A stretch of DNA of 64,000 nt from Octopus sinensis. Taxonomy: Eukaryota. This document shows positions 25,201-37,920 of the stretch, piece after piece. The stretch is taken from contig NC_042998.1 of assembly GCF_006345805.1 (NCBI RefSeq), positions 189,162,001 through 189,226,000 on the forward strand, read 5' to 3'. The stretch's first letter is position 1, and each line of letters opens with the position of its first letter. The notes under the pieces are model-generated. The model did no database searches and had not been told where the DNA came from. It saw only the letters and a program-made list of their open reading frames with translations. The position numbers and the translations under genes are program-made.

Positions 25201-25584
25201 GTGTACTTTTATATGTATGCCCAGTTGAGTGTCGCTTACAACAAACATAAATACGTTGTCAAACAACGTCACAAAATGCACACAAATATGTGTGTGCAAG
25301 TGTGTGTGTGTGCGCACATAAACGAAAGTAAATCTAAATATACAAAAATCTCTTTATAAATATAAAACACATGCTAATAGACGTGCGTACTGACACAATA
25401 TCAAACACACGTTAATAGACACACGTACAGACTACGTATAATTTTACAGAAGTTAGACACGTACACATGCCAAACGTAGTTTCTTTTCCATCTCGAACAA
25501 ATACGAACTCTCCGCCATTTCAACAAACTTCATTTAACCTACAGTCTCTCCCTCTCCCTCCCTCTCCCTCTCTCTCTTTCCCTC

Positions 25585-25648
<64 letters not shown>

Positions 25649-26006
25649 CAAGGTTCTTTTGCTCACGTAGAAAAGTCAAATTTTTTTCTCTGAACGGCAA
25701 CCGTCAGATTAATTTGCAACAATCCTGTCTCGTCGACCGGTAGAAAGGACTATTCAGCTGAGTCTCACTTTAAAGGTAAGAAGACAATATTTTTATTCTT
25801 AACGCTATAGAAACTGTGAGCGCAATGGCAGAATTACTGGTGTTGAATGAAAAAGAATGACAATATTTAGTTTCATCCCTGCATGTCTTGAAAGTTTATA
25901 TAGCATCCGTGTCACTTTTCTCATCATCCTTTCAGAATAGATGAATTCCACACCATTTATGTACTGTGGTTCAGTTCGTCAATAATTTGAGTCTTACTGT
26001 AGCCCA

Positions 26007-26055
<49 letters not shown>

Positions 26056-26763
26056 TTAATAATAATTGTCTGTTGTTTGACCTTATTCAGTTGAGCATGT
26101 CTCTTAGTGGCTGACATGTGCATCTCTAATCACGAGCATCATAGTCATGTGTTGAGAGGAATTCTTTGGGGTTTGGATAATTCACCTCTGGAAACATGGG
26201 TGCTTCGTTCAACATCCTTAAACAACCATTATTCAGAGACCTTTTGAGCAGGATGAATTACTCGACGTGAAGAAAATTCTAACCTGCAAGATCATGCGCT
26301 GTTTATCTTGAAATAAGATCACTATGTCGCGCACATACGGTTGTGATGCATGTGCCTGGTGTACCCTTATCTGAAGGGTAGTCATGATGGATATACTAGG
26401 CTTCATATATTTTACCCCAGTGTCACTTTGATGGCATGCTCTGCTCTCTCACTCAATAATAATTGCTGTATCTAATCACGTTCAGATTTCAAATACCATC
26501 AAGGCCAACTATATATTGCAATATATATATATATATATATCTGAACATGCTTCTGACACATTTAACGTAATTTTCAGGCAGAATCAGTGAGACATAGTAC
26601 ATGACATGGCAATACCTTTGAGTTTTAGATTCAATCCAGATGGTGAGCTCCTATACGGTTTCAGTCTCCTCAATTTCACTCACAAGGTATGAGTTAACTC
26701 CACTCTATAGAAAAAATAGCATTTGCCCAAGATACTACACAATGGAATCGATACTGTGTTACA

Positions 26764-26812
<49 letters not shown>

Positions 26813-26835
26813 TATATATAATATATATATATATA

Positions 26836-27110
26836 TATAAACTTACTTGGGATGGATGCGAGGCGACCCTCAATAACTCTCAAATTATATTTTGGTACTT
26901 ATGGGAGCAACTGTCTTCGAAGACTCATATTGCCGTTCAATGCTCGAAATGAGGAGTAGATAGACAGCCGACAACTGATAAAGGGTCGTTCTTTATGTTA
27001 CTTGTCCTGTTTTCCATTCGTTTGTCTCGTTGTTTGCGTATTTAACTCGTTTGTTTTCGTATTTCATGTTGTTTACTGTTGGTGACGTCATGTACTCATA
27101 TATGCCTCAT
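26836..27110 (+). mobile_element. Penelope-like element end embedded in (TA)n
   Basis: Non-repetitive island between TA arrays with GGAGCAA...CAGCCGACAACTGATAAAGGG, similar in layout to the 46-47 kb repeats. Confidence 0.4.
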
Positions 27111-27116
27111 ATATGC

Positions 27117-27181
<65 letters not shown>

Positions 27182-27378
27182 CTAAGCAATAAAGGTTTAG
27201 CAACGAATTGCCTTACCACATACCGAATTTAGAAATAGCAGTCAAAGAGTTATAGCTATTTCTTCTACTAAAAAGGGGATCTCAGTAAAAACAGCAATTG
27301 GAAATATATGCATATATATATATACATTACTTATATATATATACATTATTTATATTATATATATATGGTTATATATGT

Positions 27379-27445
<67 letters not shown>

Positions 27446-27508
27446 GGTCCGGGTGATTCGGGGTTAACCACAGTAAATAAGGTACTCAATAATAGCAGAG
27501 TAAAATTA

Positions 27509-27634
27509 ATTTATTATATAGAAGGAGCTTCTACAGGACTAGAACTGTTTCATTCAAGAGAAATCTTCAGGAATCTTCCTGAAGATTTCTCTTGAATGAA
27601 ACAGTTCTAGTCCTGTAGAAGCTCCTTCTATATA

Positions 27635-27640
<6 letters not shown>
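27509..27640. repeat. Perfect palindrome with 65-bp arms and a 2-nt loop
   Basis: ATTTATTATATAGAAGG...TCTTCAGGAA tc TTCCTGAAGA...CCTTCTATATAATAAAT. Confidence 0.95.
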
Positions 27641-27699
<59 letters not shown>

Positions 27700-27705
27700 T
27701 TTTTG

Positions 27706-27798
27706 TGAAGCGGAATTTGAACTCAGAACGTAACGGCAGACGAAATACCGCTAAGCATTTCGTCCGGCGCGCTAACGTGTCTCCCAGCTCGCCGCCTT
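27706..27798 (-). mobile_element. SINE family A head fragment
   Basis: GCGGAATTTGAACTCAGAACG...CCAGCTCGCCGCCTT. Confidence 0.85.
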
Positions 27799-27984
27799 CT
27801 GTAGGTAGTTTTATATTAAAAAAAAAGTCGCAAGTTTGATATAAAAGATGTCGCTACTTTTCTTTAATATCGAACAATCTAAAGCCTAAATGAATTAAAA
27901 GTTAATTTACAAATATTTCATGATGCAAGAATAAACGAACAACAATTTCCCATTTCCTCAAAACTCATATATACACTACAGAAA

Positions 27985-28041
<57 letters not shown>

Positions 28042-28775
28042 CGTCGTCGTCGTCGTCGTCGTCGTTGTTGTTGTTGTTGTTGCTGCTGCTGCTGCTGCTT
28101 GGTGGCAACAAGTGTCCTCAAATGTCAAGAATCTTTCTTCGGATTCTGGCAAAATACAGCATGACACTTATCTGCAAGTTGACAATTCGTGCGTCGATTC
28201 TAACAACCTTCGTTTAATAGATTGAAGTTTGGTTGTTGTGCACCAATTATCACAGGAACAATTGTCAGCTTTGTTTTCTATTATGTCTTCATCTCTTTGG
28301 CTAGATTCTGATATAGCTCGATATTCCCAATTTCTTTAATATCCACTCTATTATCAAAATGGTATTGCAAAGTCAATAGTCTTACATGCTACACTGTATG
28401 TTTTTTCATGTTCTCTACAAACATGTCTCATTTACCTGCATCCAGTATAGTCAATCCTTATGATGAAATTCCATAAAAATCAACAAATTATTAACCACCA
28501 TCACACCCTCTGGTTTGTGTTCATACCACTTTTTTCCATCACTTTGAATCCACACACTCGGCTATCATCACAAGTCACTATTTTATCGACACAGTCATAC
28601 GTACGCCTACCCACTTTTTGTACTAGCTCATTGCATTCATTTAATACTTTCGTCTCCTTTTCTACAGATTGTGTTTTAATCTCTGACTGAATGAATTTTA
28701 TCAATCTTTGCCTTTATCAATTGATTCTAGTGGCTTGTTTCCGAGCGGTTATAATAAGTGAATCGGTTTCTCGAT

Positions 28776-28813
<38 letters not shown>

Positions 28814-29870
28814 ATGGTGGTAGTAGTAGTAGTGGTAGTGGTGGTGGTGGTGGTGGTGGTGGTGGTGGTAGTAGTAGTAGCAGTGGTGGTGGTGGTGGTG
28901 GTAGTAGTAGTGGTGGTGGTGGTGGTGGTGGTAGTAGTAGTAGTAGTAACAATTTAAGTGATACGATTAACGATAACAGCAATGACACAAGCACGACACA
29001 TATACATTCTCTCTCTCCCTCTTTCTCTCAAGCACACACACACACACACACACTCACACACATTTCAATAATCAAAGGAGTGAATGGAAAGTTTGAATTA
29101 AGAAATGAGTAAAGCGATTTCAGATTTTCTTCATTGAATGAATCTCCTTCAGACAGACGGGTGAAGAAAAAACCTGTTTGGCAAACCTATGTGACAAAGA
29201 CAGATGCATCCATACCTCGGTCTTTTACCGAATAGCGAGAAAAATCAAGCAACATATATATCTATGTATCTTGAAAGCCACAATGGTTTTTCATGCCCGC
29301 AAAAGAGTAACTGTGAACAGTCCAGGCTGATGTGTTGAATCACTTCTATATCATTGATCGAGATTGGCACTATGAAACCATCAGTGTGTAACATTCAAAA
29401 CAAGAACGAAACCAAAAAAAAGCCGTCGAGCTAGTAAAAGCTCGTACCATTATGTTTGCGGCACCGCAACACAAGAGCTATAATAAAGGATATTGATGAC
29501 AATTTTGAGCCTTGGTTCATCTTCACTTTTATGAAAGCAGAAAGGGCCGAAATACTTAAGAACTGTGTATATAGTCAAGTAAGGTCTATATATGGCTATT
29601 TATATTTACAGAGCACGGGGAGAAGAAAGACCGCGCTGACTTCGCCGAGAATTTTATCTGAGAGCACAGAGAGACTTAACGAAACGCGGCATAACATTTT
29701 GTCCACCATAATCGTTAGAGAGTCGGATCAATAGCTAGTAATTATTGCTCCGATGAACTGAAAAAAGCCTACTTTGTCCTTCATTGTTACGGGGTCGGTA
29801 AAATAAAGCCCTAATCAAGTACTGCGTCGGTTTCTCTCTCTATCTATCTATCTATTTATCTATCTATCGT

Positions 29871-29902
<32 letters not shown>

Positions 29903-30101
29903 GCTCTCCTTCGCTCTTTCTCTCGCTCTTTCTCTCGCTCTCTCTTTCGCTCTCTCTCTCTCTCTCTTTCTCTCGCTCTCCTTCGCTCTTTCTCTCGCTC
30001 TTTCTCTCGCTCTCTCTTTCGCTCTCTCTCTCTTTCTCTCGCTCTCCTTCGCTCTTTCTCTCGCTCTCTCTTTCGCTCTCTCTCTCTCTCTCGCTCTCTC
30101 T

Positions 30102-30152
<51 letters not shown>
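27985..30152. repeat. Microsatellite cluster: (TTG/TCG/CTG) near 27985-28100, (GTA/GTG) near 28778-28950, (CT/CGCT) near 29835-30152
   Basis: Directly visible. Explains the poly-Q/T/L/V/P and poly-ER ORFs. Confidence 0.95.
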
Positions 30153-30155
<3 letters not shown>

Positions 30156-31211
30156 TGTGCTGTGAAAGGTTCGTGGGGCACACTCACCATGTTCCTTTCC
30201 TATAGAAACGGATGATGGTTGAGCTTCAATTTAGTAGCCTCTTCTCATCTCGCATGCAACAGAAATCATCTCAAGAGACCACGGAACATGGTGGGCATGG
30301 ACGGGTTGGTTGTGTACTGTACGAAACGGTTAAAACGACAAAAAGAAAATATTCCATCCTATATATAATGATAATAATAGCAGCACCAGCAGCAACAGCG
30401 ATGGCGGCGGCAGCGGTGGAAGTAGTAGTAGTAGTAGTATAGTAGTAGTAGTAGTAAACTGTTCGTGACAGTTGACAGTTGAGGTTTGTATCATTTAAGA
30501 GGTGACTCACTTATTTACTTATTGGTTGAATCTTTGCTGTCCATTCTACGAACGAAACTACAAACAAACCCTCCGATGGTCGGTTTCATTAAAAATTATT
30601 TGTTTTTCCGTATTAGTTAATTTAATTTACTTTCATCTTAGCTGACGGGTTTTACCAGACGTCTAATACAAACCACAATTTGAATAGAAGTTTTCTTTCT
30701 TCCTTCATTTCTTTCTTTCTTTCCTATCCTTCCTCTTTTTTTTTTACCTTTTTTACATTTTTATTTGTTTTTCCCCTGCTTCTATCTGATTTTACATTGT
30801 TTGCAACTCTTTGTTCCCAAGTAGTGTTTGCAATGTAAATACAACAGATTTCAACAAAAATTAATAAAGCAAATTATATGAGATGATGACGTATAATCGT
30901 TTCACGCGATTATATTACAATATACTACTGGTAGTTTTTTTTTTTTTGTGGTTTTTTTTCTTTCGATTCTGGTGTAAATTGTTACTGTAAATAATCAATT
31001 AAGATCCCCGCTCTTGTCTGCTCCATTTTAGTCTGAAAATAATTCTAGTAAATCTTGTCTGGAAAAAATTTGATTGTCTATTGCATCTTATTTCTTTAAA
31101 TTTTATTCAATATCTGTCTTGTTGAAACTCGAGTTAGAACGAAAGTTCAAATTGACCTGGGCGAAATTTTAATCATAAATCAATGAGCATTAATCTAATG
31201 TTGTGTTTCAG

Positions 31212-32520
31212 CATTCTTAGCAACCATAGCAACTGCACATTTTTCAGTAACTTACAAGCTATTTCAGAGGATATATTATTACAAGTGGGATACCATATAT
31301 CATTATACGGCGTATCACAATTGTCCGTGCAACACAATTGGCTGCAACATAATATATCACAGCTAGTAAACTATACCCTATTATCTTGCACAGACACAGC
31401 AGAAATAGAGGACAAATCGTTTACTATTCCGTACTGTCTGCATTGATACACAGACGTTTCAAACATCTTCAACCTCTTTCACTACAGAAACTTTTTTTTA
31501 CTATCTCCATTGTTTTATCCTATCAGATTCTTTGGTCAAAGTCAAATTTAGCTCAACTCTTCACTTCCTAAAATATAAGAGCCTATCACCATTTGGATCC
31601 TTTGATTAAGTTAGATACTAGTCGGAGCTTTGGAAATTTGTTCTGACTATTTCTGGCAAAAAATGTGCTTGAATATACACAACTACGATGGTGACCAAGA
31701 CCGTAAAGTTCGGTATGTCTCGCCAATCCGATACAAACAAAGCCACATCTAAAGCCATAAGTAACTTATTCGAAACTAAACTGCTGCAGTAAAGTCAAAG
31801 ATTATTGCAGCTAGAGGAAAGCTTCTCTCTATTAAAAAGCTTTTACCCGCAACGCCTGCAAGATTCTTTTATACCCCGAATGGGATACCACAAGATCTAT
31901 CCTCACATTCATTTTATGTATATGATCTTTTCTTCTTCAAAAACATTCACAGCTTCATGTGCAAATGACATCACATTCACATCTTACCACCAACCTCTAG
32001 ATACAACTGCATAATTTCCCCAACCTTGCATCGACCACCAAGAAACCAAGCTCCAAAGTAAAAGATTTGCAGTAGTACATATCAATCCAATACCTCTTTT
32101 ACTAACAACTCAAAAAAGAAAAACTACAACCAACTTTCGCCCTTAAAAACATAAATGCATAATAGTCACAAAGAAAACAATTACATACCACGGCACATAT
32201 AGGGAAAACAATGAAGAATGAAAAACGGCGCACAAACAATCCATCGTGAATTATGCCAGTCGTCCCTGGATGTTAATATCTCCATGTGTGGCTGATTCGT
32301 GAACCATATTACAAAGCTTAATCCAAAATTGCAGTATCGAGGACAGGGCTGCTGCTACATGGCATTCAAAAAAACTATTTGGCTGGTTAACAAAGTATCG
32401 TTCACAGTTTGCTACAAACATTAGATCACTTGTCACACTGTTCTCTATATGTCTTCTACCGCTACTACAATGGCCTCTGCTCCCATTAACTGTCTTCCTG
32501 GATGCCCTCACCACCTAGTC
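31212..32520 (+). pseudogene. Possible decayed large Thr/Ser-rich exon
   Basis: TTGTGTTTCAG acceptor. One frame of about 430 codons has roughly 13 stops by hand count, with stretches such as TQTFQTSSTSFTTET and TTTMVTKTV. Confidence 0.3.
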
Positions 32521-32775
32521 ATCCAAGACCACTAGAGACAACTCATATGAGTTTATTCTTTCCCCTTCTATCTCGCACTCGACATTTCCTAATCATTCCT
32601 ACCCTAAATGCAGTTTTCTGAAATCACCGCCCTACCCACATTTATTCTGCCGAGTTCTACCAACATACATTCAAATTGATTTGGTTACATTAATCAGGAA
32701 GGATCTAGTGTCATAGCTATTAATCCATCTCGTAGTAAAAACAGCTCGTAAGTTATTTTTGCGCAATAAGTTATA

Positions 32776-32916
32776 TAAGGTTGTCCCAAAAGTTCGTAGA
32801 AAGTCTTGGAAAATAATGGTCTTTATTTTGAGGAATAATTTTTGTTGTTTTTGTTAGTACTTGGCGAGTAAAAATTCAATTTTCGCAAGTGTTTACGAAC
32901 TTTTGGGACAACCTAA
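32776..32916. mobile_element. 141-bp mariner-type MITE
   Basis: TIRs TWAGGTTGTCCCAAAAGTTCGTA and TACGAACTTTTGGGACAACCTAA with TA on both sides. Confidence 0.85.
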
Positions 32917-33280
32917 TATTATCACCCGCTGCCATCAACGTATTATCACAATTTTTAACATTATAAAATAAACTCGAAGATATCACTCGATATTGTTATA
33001 TATTAACGCAGTTATACTTTACTACAGTTTTATTCGCTTTACGTTACCATCATGTGTGACTTTTTCTTTTAGCTATCACAGCTAATCACATCATATACAA
33101 TTATCACAACTCTCTACATAACGTATTTTGACAGACGGTTATACTACGTAGATTTATTAACGTTATCACAAACGGTCAGCGTTTTTCAGTTTTTATGTCT
33201 AAATGTGGCAAAACGAGTGTTGTCGTCAGTTACAAACAAAAAGCTTTTAATAAAGTTATTTATTTCGTTGCAGGAATATA

Positions 33281-33510
33281 ATGATTAAGAAGCCTCCAGG
33301 TGTTTTGTCCCTCCAAAATGTTTATATCATTGGCACTTGCTTTGCTTTTGTGACATGCTTTTCCCCACCAGGTTGCCCTTGTCAAGCAAATACAGCCTAC
33401 AAATGCCCAGTACTGCCAAAGAGAAATTGCGAAGTGGTTTATGATTATTGCGGCTGTTGTCCACAATGTGCTCTTGCCCTGGGTGAAAGATGCCAAGAGT
33501 TCGGAACTGT
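33281..33510 (+). CDS. Secreted IGFBP-domain protein, first coding exon (signal peptide plus IGFBP N-domain)
   Basis: Acceptor TTTCGTTGCAG at 33273 and ATG at 33281. Hydrophobic VYIIGTCFAFVTC, then CPC...C...C...DYCGCCPQC...GERC. Donor GT|GTAAGA, phase 2. Confidence 0.9.
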
Positions 33511-33644
33511 GTAAGATTGTTTCTTTTTTGTTTAACCTTCTCTTCATATTCAAGTTCAATGACATTTAATTAATATTATTGATACACATCAAAAGTTATG
33601 AACGCAGTAATGTGTGTGTGTGTGTGTGTGTGTGCACATCTTTT

Positions 33645-34218
33645 ATCACCTTATTCAGCCATTGGACTGTAGTCATGCTGGGCACCTCGTTGAAGGGTTT
33701 AATCGAATAAAACAACCTCAGAACTTATTTTGCTTTTCAAGCCTGGTACTTATTCTATCGGTCTCTTTGGCCAAACTGCTATGCTATGGCGACATAGACA
33801 AACCAACACCGGTTGTCAAGCGGTGGTGGGAGACAAGTACAAGCACAAAGACACACACACACACATACACACACATATACATACATATACACACACACAT
33901 ATATATATGTGTGTGTAAAGAGAGAGAGTAAATCCAAAAAGACGAAGAGCACAAGAAAAAACACAAGAAAAAACCAACAATGCGAGGACATGGTACATGC
34001 AAAGTATTTGCAAACGCTCAGTGAAGGAAAGAAATGTGGTTTTACATTTCGAGCCAAGCTCTTCTTCAGAAACAGTTGACAGAGGTAAGTCCAAGAGAAA
34101 AGGAAGACGGAGGAAAAAAATCGCCAGGGTTTCTTTCGGTTTACGTTTACCAAATCCACTCGCAGGGTGTTGGTCAATTCGGGGTTATTGTAGAAGAGAC
34201 TTGACCAAGGTGCCACAC
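33645..34218 (-). mobile_element. SINE family B, diverged and interrupted, in intron
   Basis: Family B segments in reverse orientation with an insertion in the middle. Confidence 0.75.
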
Positions 34219-34467
34219 CTTTGCTATTTACTTGGATGGTTTCCTTTTGGGTGTCATTAAATCATTTGTGCATGTAGCAGTAATATCAGTCCAATCAGAA
34301 ATCAATAAATAACTATTAAGAATCTCTGTGAAGTAGATAATTATAATAATTATAATTATACGAATGTTAGAGTTAGAAAACTAAACATTATTCTAAAGCA
34401 TTAAAGAAAACTACATTACATTTCTTTATATTGGCTCAGAAAACAATACATTTTTTTTCTCCTTCAG

Positions 34468-34554
34468 ATGCCAAACTGGACTAATTTGCCTTTGGGATCG
34501 ATTCTGGTATGATGAACCTCTGTCTGGAAAATGTTGGTATAGAGGATACGCCAG
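34468..34554 (+). CDS. IGFBP-domain protein, second coding exon
   Basis: T8CTCCTTCAG acceptor and AG|GTGAGG donor. 87 nt, phase 2-2, (V)CQTGLICLWDRFWYDEPLSGKCWYRGYA(R). Completes the 12 Cys. Confidence 0.9.
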
Positions 34555-34634
34555 GTGAGGAATGAATGAAATTTTATGCTTTTTAGTGTTAAAAGCGTTT
34601 AGCGCCAGATAAGTTGTCTCTGACCCATTTTCTA

Positions 34635-34676
<42 letters not shown>

Positions 34677-34678
<2 letters not shown>

Positions 34679-35010
34679 GGCGCATGGCTCAGTGGTTAGA
34701 GCGCCGAGCTTACGATCGTGAGTTCGTGAGTTCGATTCCCGGGCCGGGCTGCGTGTAGTGTTCTTGAGCAAGACACTTTATTTCACGTTGCTCCAGTTCA
34801 CTCAGCTGTAGAAATGAGTTGCGACATCACTGGTGCCAAGGTGTATCGTCCCCTTTGCCTTTCCCTTGGATAACATCAGTGATGTGGAGAGGGGAGGCTG
34901 GTATGCATGGGCGACTGCTGGTCTTCCATAAACAACCTTGCCCTGACTTGTACCTCGGACGGTAACTTTCTAGGTGCAATCCCATGGTCATTATTGACCG
35001 AAGGGAGTCT
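34677..35010 (+). mobile_element. tRNA-derived SINE family D
   Basis: GAAGGCGCATGGCTCAGTGGTTAGAGCG (box A), GTTCGATTCCC (box B), then TTGAGCAAGACACTT core. Confidence 0.8.
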
Positions 35011-35020
35011 CCTTCTCCTC

Positions 35021-35134
<114 letters not shown>

Positions 35135-36027
35135 AGGGATTGAGGAGTTGAGCAGAAGCCAGAGATTACAGATAGTTTGTGTGATTTTGGATTGATGTTA
35201 TGCAGTTTCGCTTTTCTTAGATGCTATCGGAGAAGGATAACAAAGTTTGGTGCACGGAGCTGATAATTTTATTGAAACCTTTAATCTAAACTAATCACTT
35301 CCTATCAGAAGATGGTAACAAAATATTTTACTTTATTGCAACGATGAAAACTGAATTCTGTTAAATTGTTGCAAAATTTAGAACATCTTTTGGCTATTTA
35401 GAATTTAGAAATAATTATTTAAGATACTTTTGGAACTTGAAAGGAAAAAAGGATGCATTTAGAACTATTTTGAAAATGTGGTAAGCTTCAGAGGAGTTTA
35501 CTGTTGTTCTTTTCTTTCAAATATTCAGATATTGGCAGTGTGTATAGATATTGTAATATGTATAAACATTGTGAACTGAAAGAGCAATGATTACATTTTC
35601 TAGAACTAAGAAATTTATACAGTTTGTTATGATACACGTTGATAGTTTATAGTGTTCCATTCAGATTTGTAAACGCGTATACTTCATTACAGCTTCTAAA
35701 TTTCTCCTGCAAATCCCTAATTTGCAATACTATAAGCATTTTACCATTTACATAGTCTGTCATTGAATTATTAATGCTGACATTTGCACCCGTTCATTAC
35801 GTTAAAAATGCTATTGCACACTTTCATTGAATTATCATGCGTGCTTCATATGTTTTTTTTTTGTTTTTTGTTGGGTTTTTTTTTGGGGGGGGGGGGGGTT
35901 TTGTTTTGTTTTTTTTTTTGGTTGTTGTTTTTTTTAATGCCACAGCCTATCATATAGCTATTAACATCTTTGAATCGTGTGTCCCCAGTTCGCTTGTGTA
36001 ATGTCATGCATAGTTTGTGTATTGCAG

Positions 36028-36274
36028 GAAAATTCTGTCCAATTCTTCGTTGACTGCGGGGAACAAGTTGAACTCGTCAACTGCGCAGCCCAACACGCCA
36101 AAATATGTGACTGCTGCTGCCGCTGCTTCTGCTGCTACATCTACTGCTGCCATTGCAGCGCACAATCCGTCAATTAATAATGAACCTATTGCCGCTATAA
36201 CTACTACTACTAAGACAACTAATTTTCCCACTACATCTGCTGCTACAACAAGCTTTCAAAGGCATTTCAAAAAG
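36028..36274 (+). CDS. IGFBP-domain protein, third coding exon (Ala/Thr-rich, mucin-like)
   Basis: TTGTGTATTGCAG acceptor with compatible phase. KILSNSSLTAGNKLNSST...TTSFQRHFKK ends at AAG|GTATAA (phase-0 donor) or reads to TAA at 36278-36280. Confidence 0.75.
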
Positions 36275-36396
36275 GTATAACATTTACCATGAGATTTTTT
36301 TTTTTGTATATATACAAGTCGCCATATTTTTTTGTAAACTCTCCTTGTAATATCACCTCGTTCCTCATCTTTGTGGCAATAACAAAAGTACATCAC

Positions 36397-36407
<11 letters not shown>

Positions 36408-36443
<36 letters not shown>

Positions 36444-36867
36444 CCCCACCGCCACCTCTGCCACTGCCTCCATTTGGGCAGCAGGTTAGCTGAACTTTAA
36501 CGAATCGGACAAAATATTTAGCGGCATTTCTTCTGGTACTTTACTTTCTGAGTTCGAATTCCGCCGAGGTCGACTTTGCCTTTCATCATTTCGGGGTCGA
36601 TTAAATAAGTACCAATTTACGCACTGGGGTCGATATAATCGACTTAATCCATTTGCCTGTCCTTGTTTGTTCCTTCTGTGTTTAGCCCCTTGTGGGTAGT
36701 AAAGAAATAGGTATTTCTCTTGATACTTTACTTTCTGAGTTCAAATTCCACCGAGATTGACTTTGCCTTTCATCCTTTCAGGGTCGACAAAATAAGCACT
36801 GGTTGAGCACAGGGGTCAATTTAATACCCCACTCCCAAAAATTGCTGGCCTTATGTCAAAATTTGAA

Positions 36868-36907
<40 letters not shown>

Positions 36908-37333
36908 CCCACCGCCACCTCTGCCACTGCCTCCATTTGGGCAGCAGGTTAGCTGAACTTTAACGAATCGGACAAAATATTTAGCGGCATTTCTTCTGGT
37001 ACTTTACTTTCTGAGTTCGAATTCCGCCGAGGTCGACTTTGCCTTTCATCATTTCGGGGTCGATTAAATAAGTACCAATTTACGCACTGGGGTCGATATA
37101 ATCGACTTAATCCATTTGCCTGTCCTTGTTTGTTCCTTCTGTGTTTAGCCCCTTGTGGGTAGTAAAGAAATAGGTATTTCTCTTGATACTTTACTTTCTG
37201 AGTTCAAATTCCACCGAGATTGACTTTGCCTTTCATCCTTTCAGGGTCGACAAAATAAGCACTGGTTGAGCACAGGGGTCAATTTAATACCCCACTCCCA
37301 AAAATTGCTGGCCTTATGTCAAAATTTGAATCC
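36408..37333 (+). repeat. Essentially identical 463-bp tandem duplication, each unit holding a SINE A dimer
   Basis: Period 463 (GAATCC ends at 36870 and 37333). Units are joined at (ATC)n tracts. Confidence 0.95.
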
Positions 37334-37389
37334 ATCATCATCATCATCGTCATCATCATCATCGTCATCATCATTCATCATCATATCAC

Positions 37390-37920
37390 AATCCCGAAGC
37401 TGAGATGGTCAACACTGTTCTGAAGAAATACAAGGCGGTGACAAGAGCAAAAATCAATCCAGACAACAGGCTTACAACTCGACACCTGGAGAGGCAAGTA
37501 CATGCTGTCGTATGGACTTTGTTTGGCCCCCGACCTCACTGTAAACCAGAACTAGTAACGAGATTACAAGTAAGATAGTCAGTCTTATCCAGAAATGAGC
37601 CAATAAGAAGCTATTCCTGAAAACTTACCTCGCTTCCATTATAGCTTATCGTCTGGACAGTGTGCTGTACCCCAGTTTCCGCTTGACCAGACTGGAAAGC
37701 TCTTCAGCTTCTTACGAAATGAGTGCGTTCCAAGGGACGGCTGCCAGCACCCTTTGCGTGGCAGGTTAAGCATATCATGGTCGCTAATGCACATGCACAT
37801 GCTCAAGTTGCTGCACCTTCAAGACACCTGGGTGATGAGCATGTGTGATCGCCGTTCGTGTGGCACGCCTTTCCTTAGCTCATCTGGACGTCAAGGCAGT
37901 CTTAGGTCTAAGATTGTCAT
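37390..37920 (+). mobile_element. Decayed Tx1/L1-clade LINE fragment
   Basis: KYKAVTRAKINP...QLDTWRGK..FGP aligns with YETVTGAKVNREKS.GLQLGTWRGK..WFGP of the 6.3-8.2 kb copy. Confidence 0.7.

Noticed and set aside
23342-25317. Long ORFs rich in YI, HT and MDGW
   Set aside because: Translations of microsatellites and SINE B. The same holds for poly-Q/T/V/ER/H ORFs at 27.9-30.2, 36.3 and 43.6-44.1 kb.
25650-25775. Possible non-coding first exon ending AAG|GTAAGA
   Set aside because: A lone donor with no promoter or acceptor evidence.
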